A DNA stretch of 64,000 bases. It comes from Blasia pusilla (taxonomy: Eukaryota). The notes below the pieces were generated by a model, which saw nothing but the letters and a program-made list of their open reading frames with translations, did not search any database and had not been told where the DNA came from. Position numbers and translations under genes: made by a program. The first letter of the stretch is position 1, and every line of letters begins with the position of its first letter. Of this stretch, positions 25,291 through 38,830 are shown one piece after another. Where the stretch lies: the NCBI GenBank assembly GCA_050084515.1, contig CM114271.1, forward strand, positions 18,538,001 to 18,602,000, written 5' to 3'.

Positions 25291-27989
25291 GTATCTACGT
25301 TGTGCGCCCCTTCATAAGTGGCTCCCATGTGTGTTAGATACTTTTGGGTCTCTAGTTAGGTGAGTGGAAGGAGCTAGAACAACAGTCTGCAATTTAAATG
25401 GGTGAGTTAGGTGATAGAAGTAGTTAGTTGGGGTTACTCTATACTCTTAACTCAAGGTACTCTTTAACCAGAGTAACCTAGATAGAGAAAGCAAGTGTAT
25501 AGTGAGGCAACCTGGTAAGCACTATGCTCTTAAGTCTAACGAGGGGATAGGTCAGCTTTAGTTAGACTAACAAGAGTAAAATTAACCATAGTTAGAATAA
25601 CCGTAGTTACTTTAGTTGTAGTTAAGTCAACCTTGGTTGGATTGAGTGTATGTAGCGTTAGCCTATGGCCAAGATAATCAATGTTACGAAAGTGATTGAT
25701 GAATGGGACACCTCTCTGTAGCACTTATCAAATTCTACTAGGAAGGCTAGACTTGGGGAAGGTTTTTAGTGGAGTTTTAAGGCCACTCTAAACTGGTAGG
25801 TCTACTAAAGCGGTGGCTAAGTTAGGGGAAGTTTAAGAAGGGACTTACTAGCCAGTAGAGTGAGGTTAGAATAGTGTCAATAGGAAAGTGTTGAGGCCTG
25901 AAGTTCGAGGGGCACATGATAAAGGTTGGAGCTATGGTGGCCAGCATAGAGGGGAGAATCAAATGTTGATGGCTGGAGCTTGGCAATTCGATTTGGTGAT
26001 TGAATAGGCTCGTTGGAAAGGTCCTTGGATGCTCTTCAAGATGATACATTCAAATCAAGATATTGGATGCTAGGGTAGAATTATCAAGGTAGATTAGAAA
26101 GGCAAGGAATCTTGATTTTTGGAAAACAGGAGGGTAGGCTGTTCGAGGGCTGCTACCTAGAGCACTAGTAAGCCAAATCTTGATCTGATTGATGGTATGG
26201 CTTTGCCTTGAGATGCTCTACACTAAGGAGGTCATCAACAAGAATTTTCAGCAAGTAATGAGGAGCATAGGATACTCCACAAGGGCTGATCTTGGGAAGA
26301 TATTGTGACAGAAAAGTGAACAAGTAGGTAGGTTGATTTCAAGGGCTTGGGTGGACCAATTCTTGAGAGGAGTGGTGGCATATCTTCACCCTTGGACTCT
26401 TTATATGTTTGTGGTCTTGAATCAACCTTATCAAGGATTGGTTGGGCACATAGGATGCTCGAGGGGAGGCTGGAATACAGGGAGATGGTGTAGGCACTAG
26501 GGAGTCTCCAGGGTATCCAATGAAGGAGATAGAGTGCTTGATTTTTGTTGTAAAGGAGGGTTCGAACCAAGGAGGTGGATCTGATTGTTAGGGCCAAGAA
26601 ATGAAGAATAAGGCGCTAAGAAGAGGTCAATGGGGGCTGAGCTCGAATGCTTGGACTCTTATGGGCTAGAAGCATACTCATGGAAGCCTAAAGGGCCTCA
26701 TTTGAAGGCTTGAAAGCTTGAGAATCCAAGGGAGAGATCTATGGAGTTGAGAGGATCCAAGGAGTAATTTCTGGAAGATTTGTGCAGGTGGAGCTAAGTG
26801 GAGGTGTGAACTGAGGGCAGGGCTCGAACCAGCTTGAGAAGAAGCAAGCATGGGAAGAATATAGAGGTAGATATTACCTTCAACCATGTCCAAGAGTAAG
26901 GTCGAGCCTATGCCATCAATGCTGCTCAAGAGGCTTTAGTTAGGGCAGGTTCAGAAGTAGATGAGGTAGAAATTTCAGGCAGTAGATGCCTTGGAGTATA
27001 TGCTTAGGGGGTAGATTTGTAGGAAGGTAGAAGACAAGAATGCCTGAGAAGCTCAAGTAGGTAGAGGGCTCTCAGCTTCACTTATAAGTGCTCGGCTTGG
27101 TTTAGTAGAGGGGGCATACATGTTGTTGGCTAGTAGACACTTGATCTCTTGAGCCAAGCTAACCAGCAGAGTATGTGCTCCCAGATCTAGGTAGTGTGTG
27201 CTTGAAGGGGCTGAGACTAAGGAGGTCTCCCATGTACAAGATGGCTTTGTGATATACATAAAGTAGCCCCTTTGGAATGATTTCACTCTACTGCCCTGTA
27301 TCTGAGTTTGTGCATGATTGAGTGATGAGTTGGAGGGCTTGATGAAGTGAGATTCTTGGAGCTAGTTCAACTAATCATTCAAAAGTGTAGTGAGTGGACA
27401 AGAGGCTATACCAGTTGAGGAGAGGCAAGCTTAGGTTCCAAGATTGTGCTCCTCCAAGGTGTGCTTTGAAAGCTTGTTGTTCTGCCCATCTGAGTATGGC
27501 CTTTGACACCAATCATTGATTACTTCCACGGTGTGACAACCTGGACTACGAGATCTGGTAAGTGATAAGAGATTAGTGAGTGGAGAAAGAGGGACATGCT
27601 TGAGCTTCACTAGAGGTAGAAGACCATGGGATCAGCTTGTTAAGTCTCCTACTACCTGAACAAGGAGGGAGAAAAAAGGACCAGCAAGGTAATAGGAGAA
27701 GAAGAAGGGATGTGGGTGTTGGTTTGAGCAAATAGAGAGTTTAAGCCCTTTCAGGCTACCATGGGGGTGTATGATTATACTAGACAGCGTATTGGATGGC
27801 CTTATGTTGTTTTAGTAGTCTCTAGTTGTGAGCCTTGAGTAGGTGTGCTGGTTGGATTGCCACTGGACACTCTATCTAAGGACTCAAAACTACATCCAAG
27901 CTCTCACTAGATACTCGGTGAGGAGCAAAAGGTGATTGCACTACTTGATCAGTAAGGAGTTGTAAGTGCTTAAGAGGATTTCCTTGGAA

Positions 27990-29118
27990 CATTCAACTAG
28001 TCCAAGGCAGCACATTGGAGGACCAACCAATAGTTCTTGTAGGCTTGCGTTGTATGTTGTGTGGCTCTGCTCGTGGTATGGCCACGATGCTAGTCTATGA
28101 TGGATTTTCGAGAGGTTGGCATAAGGCATGTCTAACGCCACCTCTCACTAGGGTTCCCTGGGGAGGATGGATATGTCCCAAATGTACATTGAAGAGATAC
28201 TAGGTAGGTTTTGATTCCAACTTTTTCTATGACATGGATAACAAGAAGGTGACTAACGATGGGGCGATATGAGCACCCGGCCTTTCTACTCCTACCGTCG
28301 TAGAGATGTATGTCGTGGTAGGTAGGGATAGAGGGCTAGATGGAGTTAGAAGGACCTAACCAGCAGATAGGGGGGCCATTGGAAATATTTTAGTTCTTCT
28401 TGTCTCGTTGTTTGGATTTCATGAGCTAGCATCGGATCGTGCGTGTTTGTGTGTGTGCTCAGTGACAGCGGTGTATGTTGTGTAGCAATATGTATACGCA
28501 CAACAGATGTCACGTCTTTTAGGATAGATCGGTGAGATCCAGTAGAACGCCTTTATGAGTAGTGGATGAAAGGCTAAGTAGGTTGAGGATGACCTATTGA
28601 GGCCTCGGGAAACCTGAGAGAGCAGATTTCCCCTTCGTTTCGGCTCATTTGGAGCCATCTTGAGGAACTTACTATTTTAGGTAAGTATCATTTTAAGTAT
28701 ATGATTAACTTTCTATTTTTATTTAGTGGCCTTTGACCTCCTACATCAGGTCAAGAGACAAGGAGGTGACTTGGGATAATAGATTACCATGGAGAGAGCT
28801 CGGAAGAGGGGAGGGGTATACCTTAAAGAGAAAGCGCTTGAGAGCTCTTTGTGTCTTTGTTGAACCTCTTGGCATGAGGCAGCGGAGTTATGGTCCCTTC
28901 CCTTGTGAGTGTTACTAAAGCCTCTCATAAGGACAGTGGGTTTGGTTTGACATGAGAGAGAGTGCACACCTTTGAGAGCTAGGGTGTGAGATGATGTACA
29001 GAGAGATTTGATCTTACTTTATTGGACATATTTTAGTACTTCTTGTCTCGTTGTTTGGATGCCATGAGTTAGCATGGGATCGTGCGTGTTTGTGTGTGTG
29101 TGTGTGTGTATGCGCACG
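27990..29118 (+). mobile_element. Gypsy family A 3' fragment: PHD, PPT, LTR, then a restarted LTR
   Basis: CMLCGSARGMATMLVYDGFSRGWHKACLTPPLTRVPWGGWICPKC (28015-28203). PPT AGATAGGGGGGCCA ~28365-28378. LTR from ~28380; the LTR start recurs at ~29023-29118. Confidence 0.8.
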
Positions 29119-30404
29119 ACAACTTCACTACGTAAGCCGAGAGCTTTAACAACTCAATCTTCAATAGTACAAGAGATTAAAATGGGTTTCTTCCCTCAAA
29201 ACGAAACTCTTCTCAAGTACAGCGAAAGAGTCATGCGAATCTTGGATACCAAAGTTCAAACAAGGACCTCAGAGAGAGATCAAGAAGACTCCCGCTCATC
29301 CTACTTTAAGAATTGAATTTTCATGGCACGTTACTCAATGTCTAACAAATTTCATACACTTTTCTTGACTATCCTCTAGACATCTAAAATCATAGACTCA
29401 ACTCTCATCCCTACTTCAGCCCAATAAGATTGACTCTCAACTCCGCACATCAGAAAGAATGAGCGGAGACACTTCTATTGCATCAAAGAATGGAGGAAAC
29501 AAGAAAGTATTACAAGCTTCAAAGTGTACAAGACTCTTTGACTCGAACCATCCCTAAAGAAACTACTTCTCACATGATCAACAAGAGTGATGGAAACTCA
29601 AGACACAAGGGAATAATCCTTCGCTCTTCTGCTTTACTCTTTAAATAGTCTCTTTATAATTCATGGCTGACCTTTCTACTTCCTTCAAGATTTCTAATTA
29701 TCAATAACCCGGTTTTGATCTTCCAACCCTTCATTTCCCTTAAGTCGGTTGAGTTCTCTTCTGCTTCCATTTGAACCCTTGGCGCCGTTCCATTTCTAAC
29801 TTTCCAAATTGCTGCGACGGTCCACTATCTATAGTCTTCGCTCGACGCAAAGCACTCCTATCCTATCTTCCACACACTATACTACTGTTGCGGCCACTGA
29901 AAAGAAGTTCTCCTTGCGACCTTCCTTTCATCCATTTTCTTCAAAAACATCATTCCTCTTCCTCTTCCTAGTCTTCATACCAATTACCACTTTGTGATGT
30001 CTCTCGCTGATTCCTTCATCTTCTTTCTTCTGCTTCTTTGCTTTCTTAGTCTTCACTCTTTGGTCTTTGTTCTTTGTTCAAAATCTTTGCACGAAGACTC
30101 TCTTTGAACTTATGTTGCAAAGAAGAAGTCCTTAAAAGGTCTTCATTTAACAGTCTTAACCATCTTCCTGAAGTGCAGTCTTCGCTACGCAGCATTTGCG
30201 CCTCGTACTCTTACTTCTTTCTTGACCCTTCAGTGGAGTTCACCCCATTCCACACTTCCATGCCTCAACATGCTTCAACACAATTTCTAAAAATCATTCT
30301 TCTTTACTTTGAGTCCTAAGCCTTCACTCTTCAATGCGTGAAGACTTCTCTACAATTCTCTACAAAATTGGTCTACCTATCAAAATTTAAAAAATATGGG
30401 TACC

Positions 30405-33400
30405 ATAGGCCCTTGATCTCACTTAGGAACTATAATTCTGAATGCCCCCGTTCGGGCTCAGTTCTCATCTTTGGAATTGTAACGTGAGTTTCAATTGATC
30501 CTCCTTCTCATTTCAAGAACACGATCTAGATTTCTGATGGTGAGGATGCCGGGAAGGAGGCATGCCTTCTTATTTGGGAACTAAAATTCCAAAGGCCCTC
30601 GTTCTAGGATGGACTCTCATCTCTAGAACAAGAACTTGAGTTCAGATTGATCCTCCTTCTCATTTTGAGAATTCAATCTCTTGTTCCAATGGTAAGAAAG
30701 TCGTGAAAGAGGCCTTGAACCCATTCGGGAACTATGGCTTTGAACGATCCCGTTCGCGCTCAATTCTCCTATCAGAAACCAGAATCTGAGTTAAGATTGG
30801 TCCTCCATCTCATTCCAAGAATTGAATCTCTTGTTCCAATGGTGAGGAAGTCGGGAAAGAGGCCCGCGATCCCATTTGGGAACTACCGCTTTGAACAATC
30901 CCGTTCGTGCTCAGTTCTCCTATCAGAAACCAAAATCTGAGTTTAGATTGATCCTCCTTCTCATTTCAAGAATTGAATCTCTTGTTCCAATGGTGAGGAA
31001 GCCGGGAAATAGGCCCGCTATCCCATTTGAGAACTATAGCTTTGAACACTCCTGTTCGGGCTTAGTTCTCATCTCTGGAACTGCAACCTCAATTCCGTTT
31101 GATCCTCCTTCTCATTCTAAGAATTGGATCTAGAGTTCCGATGGTGAGGTTGCAAGGAAAGAGGCCGGAGATTTGATATTGGAACTAAAGTTTTGAAAGC
31201 CCTCATTTAGGGGGGGACGCTCGTCTCCGTAACCGGAACTTGAATTCTGATTTATCCTCCTTCTCATTTCAAGAACTGGATCTAGAGTTCCGATGGTGAG
31301 GTGGCAAGGAAAGAGACTGGCGATTTGATTTGGGAACTACAATTCCAAAAGTCCTGCTTTAGGGAGGGACTCTTGTATCTGGAAACGGAATATGAGTTCA
31401 GATTGATCCTCCTTCTTATTTCAAGACTTGAATCTCTTGTTTGGATGGTGAGGAAGCCGAAAAAGAGGCCCGCAATCCCATTCAAGAACTACAACTTTGA
31501 ACGCTCTCATTGGGGCTTAGTTCTCATCTCTGAAGCCCAAACTTGAGTTTTGTTTGATCCTCCTTCTCATGTTGAGAACTAGATCTAGAGTTTAGATGAT
31601 GAGGTACCAAGGAAAGAGGCCGACGACTTGATTTGGGAACTACAGTTCCAAAAGCCCTCGTTTAGGGGGACTCTCATCTTTGGAACTAGAACATGAGTTC
31701 TGATTGATCCTCCTAATCATTTCCAGAATTGGATCTAGAGTTCTGATGGTAAGGAATCCGTGAAGGTGACCCGCGATCTCATTTGGGAACTACAATTCTA
31801 AAAGCTCTCGTTCGGACTCAGTTGTCATCTTTGGAACTGGAATCTGAGTTTTGATTGATCCTCCTTCTCATTTCAAGAACTAGATCTAGAGTTCTCATGG
31901 TGAGGAAGTTGGGAAGGAGGCCCACGATCATTTTAGGGAACTACAATTGCGAATACCCCCCGTTCAGACTCAATTCTCGTCTTTAGAATCGGAACTTGAG
32001 TTCTGATTTATCCTCCTTCTCATTTCGAGAATTGGATCTAGAGTGATGATGGTGAGGTAGCAAGGAAAAAGGCCGGCGGTTTGATTTAGGAACTATACTT
32101 CCAAAAGGCCTTGTTTAGGGGGGGACTCTCGTCTTTAGAACTGAAACGTGCGTTTCGATTGTTCCTCCTTCTCATTTCAAGAATTGGATCTATTGTTTTA
32201 ATGGTGAGGAAGCCACGAAGGAGGCCCACAATCTCATTTAGGAAGTACAATTCCGCGAGCTCCCATTTGGACTCGTTGTCATCTTTGGAAGTGGAACTTG
32301 AGTTCAGATTCATCCTCCTTCTCTTTCGAGAATTGGATCTATAGTTCACATGGTCAGGTAGTCGGGAAAGAACCCGCGATCCCATTTGGGAGCCATAGCT
32401 TCAAATGCTCCTATTCGGGCTCAGCTCTCATCTCTAGAATGGGAACTTTAGTGTCTATTGATCTTCCTTCTCATTTTGAGAAGTGGGTATAGAGTTCAAA
32501 TCGTGATCTAGAGGGGAAGGAGGCCCGCGATATGATTTGGGAACTCTAGTTTTGAAAGCCCTTGTTTAGGTAGGGACTCTCGTGTGTGGAACTGGAACAT
32601 GAGTTTTGATTGATCCTCCTTCTCATTTTGAGAATAGGATCTAGAGTTTTGATGGTGAGGAAACCGAGATAAAGGCCAACGATCATTTTTGGGAACTACA
32701 GTTCCGAATGCCCCGTTTGGACTCACTTCTCGTCTCTGGAACCGGAACCTAAGTTGTGATTGATCCTCCTTCTCATTTCAAGAACTAAATCTATAGTTCC
32801 AATGGTGAGGAAGGCGAGAAGGAGGCGCACGAGAATTTTGGGAACTACAACTCCGAACGCCCCAGTTTGGGCTCAATTTTTGTGTCGCGCCCCTACTCTC
32901 CTTGAACGTCAATCTTTAGTGTTGCGGAAGCGTACGTGCAGTAGGTCACGATCTCATCGCCGATCTGCACCCAAAAAAGCACTATCGTTAGTTGGGTCTG
33001 GGCCAACCAGCGTTCCAACCCACCAAGTTCTCAACTCGGCGTCTCGTCAACCTCAACCCTCCTTAGTTCCTAGTTTCCAAAACATGGCAAGTCCTTCAAG
33101 ACTTGGAATAGACTTCCTAGTTAGTCCAAGGATCGGAAACGGCACTTGGGTGCATAGCGATCCCTACTATTCAATGGATCTCGTGTGAACTCCAAAACGA
33201 GACCTAAGTATTTGAGTCGCGGGGTGAAATCCAAGAGGGACGTCTAAAATTGCCTCAATAGACTTGGTGCAGGTTTTCCAACCCAACCCCCAAACTCGCG
33301 TTCCGTTCCATGCCCTTGAGCCGCCCCGCGGCGCCCAAAGTGGGGTTCAGGTTCCAAGCACTCTAGGAGACCTTCCCCTTTTCTAGTACTTGTGAGGTTC

Positions 33401-34500
33401 TCCAGTAACCCCCCCCCCCCTTTGGAAAAGGAGGGTCGGGCCCTTCATTGTGGCCCTCAACCCGACCCTACTTCCAGTCGTTTCTGGGTTGTTTCTCAGC
33501 CGCTGCTATGCGTTTGCAAAGATCTTTCGTGCATTTGAACCGACTTTCTATAAGCCTTCCAACGCACCCTTATTTACTCCAAATGCATCTTTTTTATAAA
33601 AGTTATGGCCATAAATACAGTCCGAAACTCTCAAACGCTAATGGCGTTCCAAATCCGAATTCTTCCTTTTGGCAACCCACTTTCTAGACTCGACTTCTTT
33701 CAAGTTTGATTCCGTGTTTGGTCGAGGTTTCTCGGTCGTGACCATAACCTCTGAAACGCGAAGCCTTGCTTGCGTTTCTTCTCTTATCTCTTCTTCGAGA
33801 CCACTCCAACGTGAGCCTGCTAATGTTCCGATGTTCCGCTTTGGGACTTGTTTGGTCATGAGGGTCGCAACATTTTGTGCCAAGAATTGGAACTTGAGTT
33901 CTGATTGATCTTCCTTGTCTTTTATAGAATTGGATCTATAGTTCCCATTGTGAGGTAGCATGCAAAGAGGCCAGCGATTTGATTTGGGAACTCGCGTTGA
34001 GAAAGCCTTGGTTTAGGTATCTGTTCATTTTTGGATTTAGGGCTATCAAACCGAACCTATATCCATAATTCCGATGCAATTGGATGTATATCTTTTATTG
34101 CGAGGTGGGAGATGTGATCCTGAGCTTGATTCTCGAGTGTCCTTCGTGAAGGTATTTTGGTTGTTCTATCATTTCCAGAACTGCTTTGCATGTCAATGTT
34201 TAGGGTTTAGGGTTTTTAACTAGACTTTCGATTGACACTAATTCAGAGTTCTTGAACTAGATGTAGAGTTTCGAAAATGGTTTAGGGAATTGGATTCAGT
34301 TATCATCTTTTAAACTAAATCTATAGTTCGGATTCTTAGGTACTCCCGACCGACCGAGGCCAACTTGTTTTTTTGGAACTAGAGTTCCAATTGCTAACTG
34401 GAACTCTAGTTCAATTAGTTTGCATACCTGGAACTGGATCTATAGTTCTCATTCTTAAGTAGTCCCCGTAAAGGCGAGCAATTTCATTGGGAACTATAGA
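30405..34500. repeat. Tandem satellite of ~151-bp monomers: about 16 units at 30405-32882, degenerate continuation at 33873-34500
   Basis: The anchor GATCCTCCTTCTCATTTCAAGAA recurs at about 30497, 30649, 30799, 30950, 31101, 31253 ... 32762. Confidence 0.92.
32883..33872. mobile_element. Solo LTR (990 bp) inserted into the satellite
   Basis: Starts TGTCGCG and ends CGCAACA. Flanked by the 5-bp direct repeat TTTTG (32878-32882 and 33873-33877). The satellite monomer resumes in register after it. Confidence 0.88.
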
Positions 34501-34939
34501 GTATTCGGCTGATTCGAGTGAGGTTATCACACTGCAATTACAATACCGAGGCCTACAACCGCCTTAATGAGCTTTAGTTTCGAATCTGTTTTGTAGCTAG
34601 CCAGCGATGGTTTTCAAGGAGTTGGGTCACTAGTCTATTTATCTTCTTTATCCGTATTGTAAACTTCTCTCCTTTAATCCCATCTTACAAAAGTAGATAA
34701 ATGGGTGAGGGACAAGGAGAAGGAAGAACGTCAAAGTCCGTAATACTTGGCCTCTAACACTTGGGTTTCTTCCTAATAGTGTATTTAATTTCATAAAAGG
34801 GAATGGCTTGTGCCATTTGGATATCGGACGTAACGGTTAGTATGTTTAGATCTACACTAGGGAACCACATAGATTATGACCTACCATGTTCAGTCAAGTA
34901 TGGAGTTGAGATCCTATTGCATGTTAGAAGGTAATGGTT

Positions 34940-35190
34940 CAACCGTAGTAACCCTTCAAATGCAAGAATGCGCCGTTCAGACGTGGTAATATTTTTGACG
35001 TAGTAGCCTTTGTGACGTGGTAAGGATCCAGACGTAGAATCCTCTCAGACGTGGTAATGCTCCATCCTTGAGACTCGCAAGCGCTTCACACGTAGTAGCC
35101 CATCAGAATTGGAAACCCTTTAGACTTAGTACCCCTTCAAAAGGTATCACCGCTTCTGACGTCGTGGCGATTCAGATCTAATATCCCTTC
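34940..35190 (+). repeat. Degenerate 17-bp minisatellite with a GACGT(A/G)GTA core
   Basis: Consecutive units gacgtagtagcctttgt / gacgtggtaaggatcca / gacgtagaatcctctca / gacgtggtaatgctcca. Confidence 0.7.
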
Positions 35191-36635
35191 GGCATTGTGG
35201 TAAGTTGTTTGTACTGCAGACAAAGAACCAATTGTGAAGAATTGCTACCATTCATAACTTCGTGTTTCAATGGGTAGAGGTTTGGAGGGAGTCATTCTGC
35301 AACTTCCCTACAAATGTTATCTATTGTAGCCAAGCGAGCCTACATAGTTTTGGCGGGCGAATGTACGCCAAAACTATACCGAATATGGAAGCTTGAACCA
35401 CACATGTTTATTGGAACGTGTGCTAGGGTAAGGAATCTTGTAACACAATCACACTTCTCTCAAATTCCTCCTCTTGCGGACATTGAGTTTCTGACCAAGA
35501 TGGACGTCATCCTTGCACACTAGAAGGAAATAGGTGATTTTAGAACTAGAGTATTTACAACTATGTCTTATGGCACTAGTTTTACAACAAGAAATCATAG
35601 GATTACTAACATGTAATCATATAGTCATAGTATGTCACTAAACATAGTCACTAAGTATGACATGTAATTAAAAAAATTTAATTAGGTCACTAAGTATGAC
35701 ATGTAATTAAAATTTCCATTATTTTATAGTATATTTAATGACGTGGAAATGAAGTTAACTAGATCTAGTCCTCTTAACTAAATGTCGTTTATTTTTAATA
35801 ACTAATAGACTAACTAAGTATATGACGTGTTAAAACTTAGAATAATGATAAATAGGTTAATCTTTGATTAATAAGTACATAAATTAGGTGGAAATTAAAG
35901 TACTAATTGTAGTCATAGTCCCAATATGAAATTGAACAAAATATAACTACAAAGAAGGGAAGATCCAAGTGGCTGATGCCTTGTAAAAACACACGGGAGC
36001 CAAATATATGCAAATACACAAGTTTCAAAGAAGAGGCTTATCGTGACCGCCTGAACAAAACCCCACGTGTCCATAGGAACATCTCCGGAGTCCATAGGTT
36101 CCCTCTCCTTGCCTCCTCTCATGTACTCTCGCTTGTCTACTATCATGTTGCTTAAACGATTCGGCTACCCTAATTCATTTTTGAGAAGTGAGGTGTTTAT
36201 TTGTATTCAGCAGGGTGGATATGATAAATGAAGTTTAAAAACGATACATGTGCAAGCAAGCTCTAGCATCCAATGTGAGTCTCCTTCATCCACCCTTTCA
36301 AGTCCATAAACTTTTCGTCTCGGGATCATCGATATTCATTGCATTTTTTGCCTCTCTAGGTGTAGCTCGCGTGGCAACAACATGGTCAGGGAACGTGACT
36401 CCTTCCTCGTTGTGTGTGTCTCTTTCTATTTATCTCCTTGACGCTCCCGCATTTGCAACAATGTGCTTAATCATTGTGTTAGGGAGTCGACAAAGGTGAA
36501 GATAGATAGATTTAAGTTTAATTATTCCTGCCGGCATAGTTTCGGCAAGTGTAAGAACTCGGCAGTAGCGCAAAATGGAAAGGAGCGGTGATTTAAGAAC
36601 GGGACTTGATTGAAACCTGATAATTTCTTCATAAC

Positions 36636-36636
<1 letters not shown>

Positions 36637-36729
<93 letters not shown>
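36637..36729. repeat. (CT)n microsatellite
   Basis: About 92 bp of uninterrupted CT dinucleotide. Confidence 0.98.
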
Positions 36730-36731
<2 letters not shown>

Positions 36732-36789
36732 ATGCTTGATATGCACCATGACCACGGAAGTTTTAGGCACGACCCCTGGCTGTGTTTGA

Positions 36790-38083
36790 TCCATAACTTT
36801 CAAATAACGCACTCTCTTGCAGACTAGACGAGCTACCGTTGCCTACTAGGCGCATCTCTTCATTGATCAACAGAGGAACTAACTCTTCAAAGGTTGGACA
36901 CTTCTGTCTCACAAATATAGAGGTCTCAAAGAACTTGTAATCCTTTGGAAGGCCTTAAAGAGTGAATAAAATCATATCATCATCTTCTACTGTCACTCTA
37001 ATGCTATTTAACTAATAAACAATATATATGATACTCAAAATATAATCATTGATGCTTTGCGATCCTTTCCTCACTTCGTTCAATTACGGTTTCAATTGAA
37101 GCTTTCAAGCCTATAAAGATATTTGGAACAGCTTTTCCAATGCATCCCAGGCCTCTCAACATCTTGGATGTGACCATCATTGGGGAACTGATCGTTATTG
37201 CAAAAATGGATTACTTGCCTTGTGCGTTTGTTCCAAGCGCGAAAATTCAAGTCTGTAGAGTCATCTTCAGGCTTGGCGTCATCAACTCTAACAAGCTCCC
37301 ATAGTTCTTGACCCATCATAAATTTTTTCATGCGAAACTTCCAGACATTGTAGTTCCGCTTGTCTAGCTTCTCCCCTGTGATTGTTGTTCAGGAATACTC
37401 CATAATAAACGATTTCACTCACAAAAATATAATTTTAGGCTTTCTATTGCTCCAATTGAAGCAATGACCACTCCTACGCACAAATGGATCCAAAATTTGC
37501 CAAAAGTGATCAAGTGTATGAAAGAATAAGTCAAAATTGGCCTGTAGAGAGCAAACTCCACAACTTTTCTTCACTAATTGTCCTTTCCTACATTGAAATT
37601 ACTACTGGAGGAGCACATAGTGTCAAAATTGAGCGATTTTGGGGGCGTTGGAGATGAAGAAAATTTCTTTCTCCCTAACTAAAATTATGCCTTCTCTTGC
37701 CTCTCTTCTCTCTTCAAACACCAAGAATTTCAAGTGATGTTCTCCTTGGGCTCTGATACTATGTGGAAAACTACTAAACAAGCATAACGGGCGGAAAATC
37801 GCTCTCACACACACACACCATCATGGAGAACAAAATTTGCAATGAGAAAATGAGTGGATGTTGTTTCTCTTCTCAATTATATAGGATACGTACAAGAAAA
37901 CCTAACCCTACCCTTAACCATAGTCTCAAGTTAGACTAACTGTGATTAACTAACCCTAGTTAAGATAATCGTGTTTAACTCACTTATCGAGATTAAGCTT
38001 CCCTACTATGTGTGAGTGACAAATGTAGCAGTTCAGGTGTCTTATGAGCTTGACTTTAACTCAATCTTCAATAATCCCCTCCA
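36790..38083 (-). mobile_element. Ty1/Copia fragment: PPT, LTR (37762-38070), PBS, gag
   Basis: gag GEKLDKRNYNVWKFRMKKFMMGQELWELV and MILFTL*GLPKDYKFF. PBS TAGTATCAGAGC (one mismatch to the tRNA-iMet PBS TGGTATCAGAGC) at 37761-37750. LTR has TG...CA ends, with PPT GGAGGGGATTAT at 38082-38071. Confidence 0.8.
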
Positions 38084-38469
38084 ATTCGGAAACGATGTAG
38101 CGTTTCTTTCGTGAACTTGTGTCCTATCTTCCTTACATCTTGCAGATTTGGCTCTACTGATGCACACTCTACTTGTTTCCCACAACCCTTTGGTAGTTGA
38201 GTAACCATTGGTTTAACCCTTATGACCACCATCTTGTATTTTGTGTGCACTCGTGCCTCCATGGGATGTTGGTCTGCCTCAAACTCGTGCCCATCCGCTT
38301 TATTATTCATATTGTGTGTTACTTGTAGACACACAAGAACCATGTCATATCTTCCATATGATTCGAACGAATATCATGGTTTTTGATTTGACATAAAAAT
38401 ACGAGTCATATTAACATGACTCCATGTCCTACATATCACATGACAAGTGATTTGATGATATGGACTAAA

Positions 38470-38830
38470 TGACTAAAACTTTTGTCAAACCATATGCCCC
38501 ATCCTCCATCCGTCGATCCATTCCTCCATCCATTATTTTCACCAATACGTCGGAACCTCCATCCGTTACTTTCATCCTCTATCTAGATCCCTTTCATCTT
38601 CCATTTGTCCATGAATTTTATTTTCTGATTCTTACTCCATCCATTCTCTTCATCCATCCAACTGCCCCACGCTCTATACGTCCATCAACTCTTTCTCCAT
38701 CCACACTCCATCCATTGATGTTATCCGTGAACCCCATCCATCCATTCTTCTCCTTCTAAACTCCATCCATCAACCTTGCTCTATCCATTAATCCCATCCT
38801 TCCGTGCATTCTATCCTCCATGCGCCTACT
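38470..38830. repeat. Low-complexity (CCATCC)-rich tract
   Basis: Irregular repeats of TCCATCC. Confidence 0.6.

Noticed and set aside
30734-33188. Multiple similar short ORFs (FRLILLLISR...)
   Set aside because: They are translations of satellite monomers; the 151-bp period is not a multiple of three and frames break.
34199-34212. TTTAGGG x2 as an interstitial telomere
   Set aside because: Only two units; such short telo-box-like runs are common in plant DNA.
36522-36812. ORF with a poly-ER tract
   Set aside because: An artefact of the (CT)n microsatellite.
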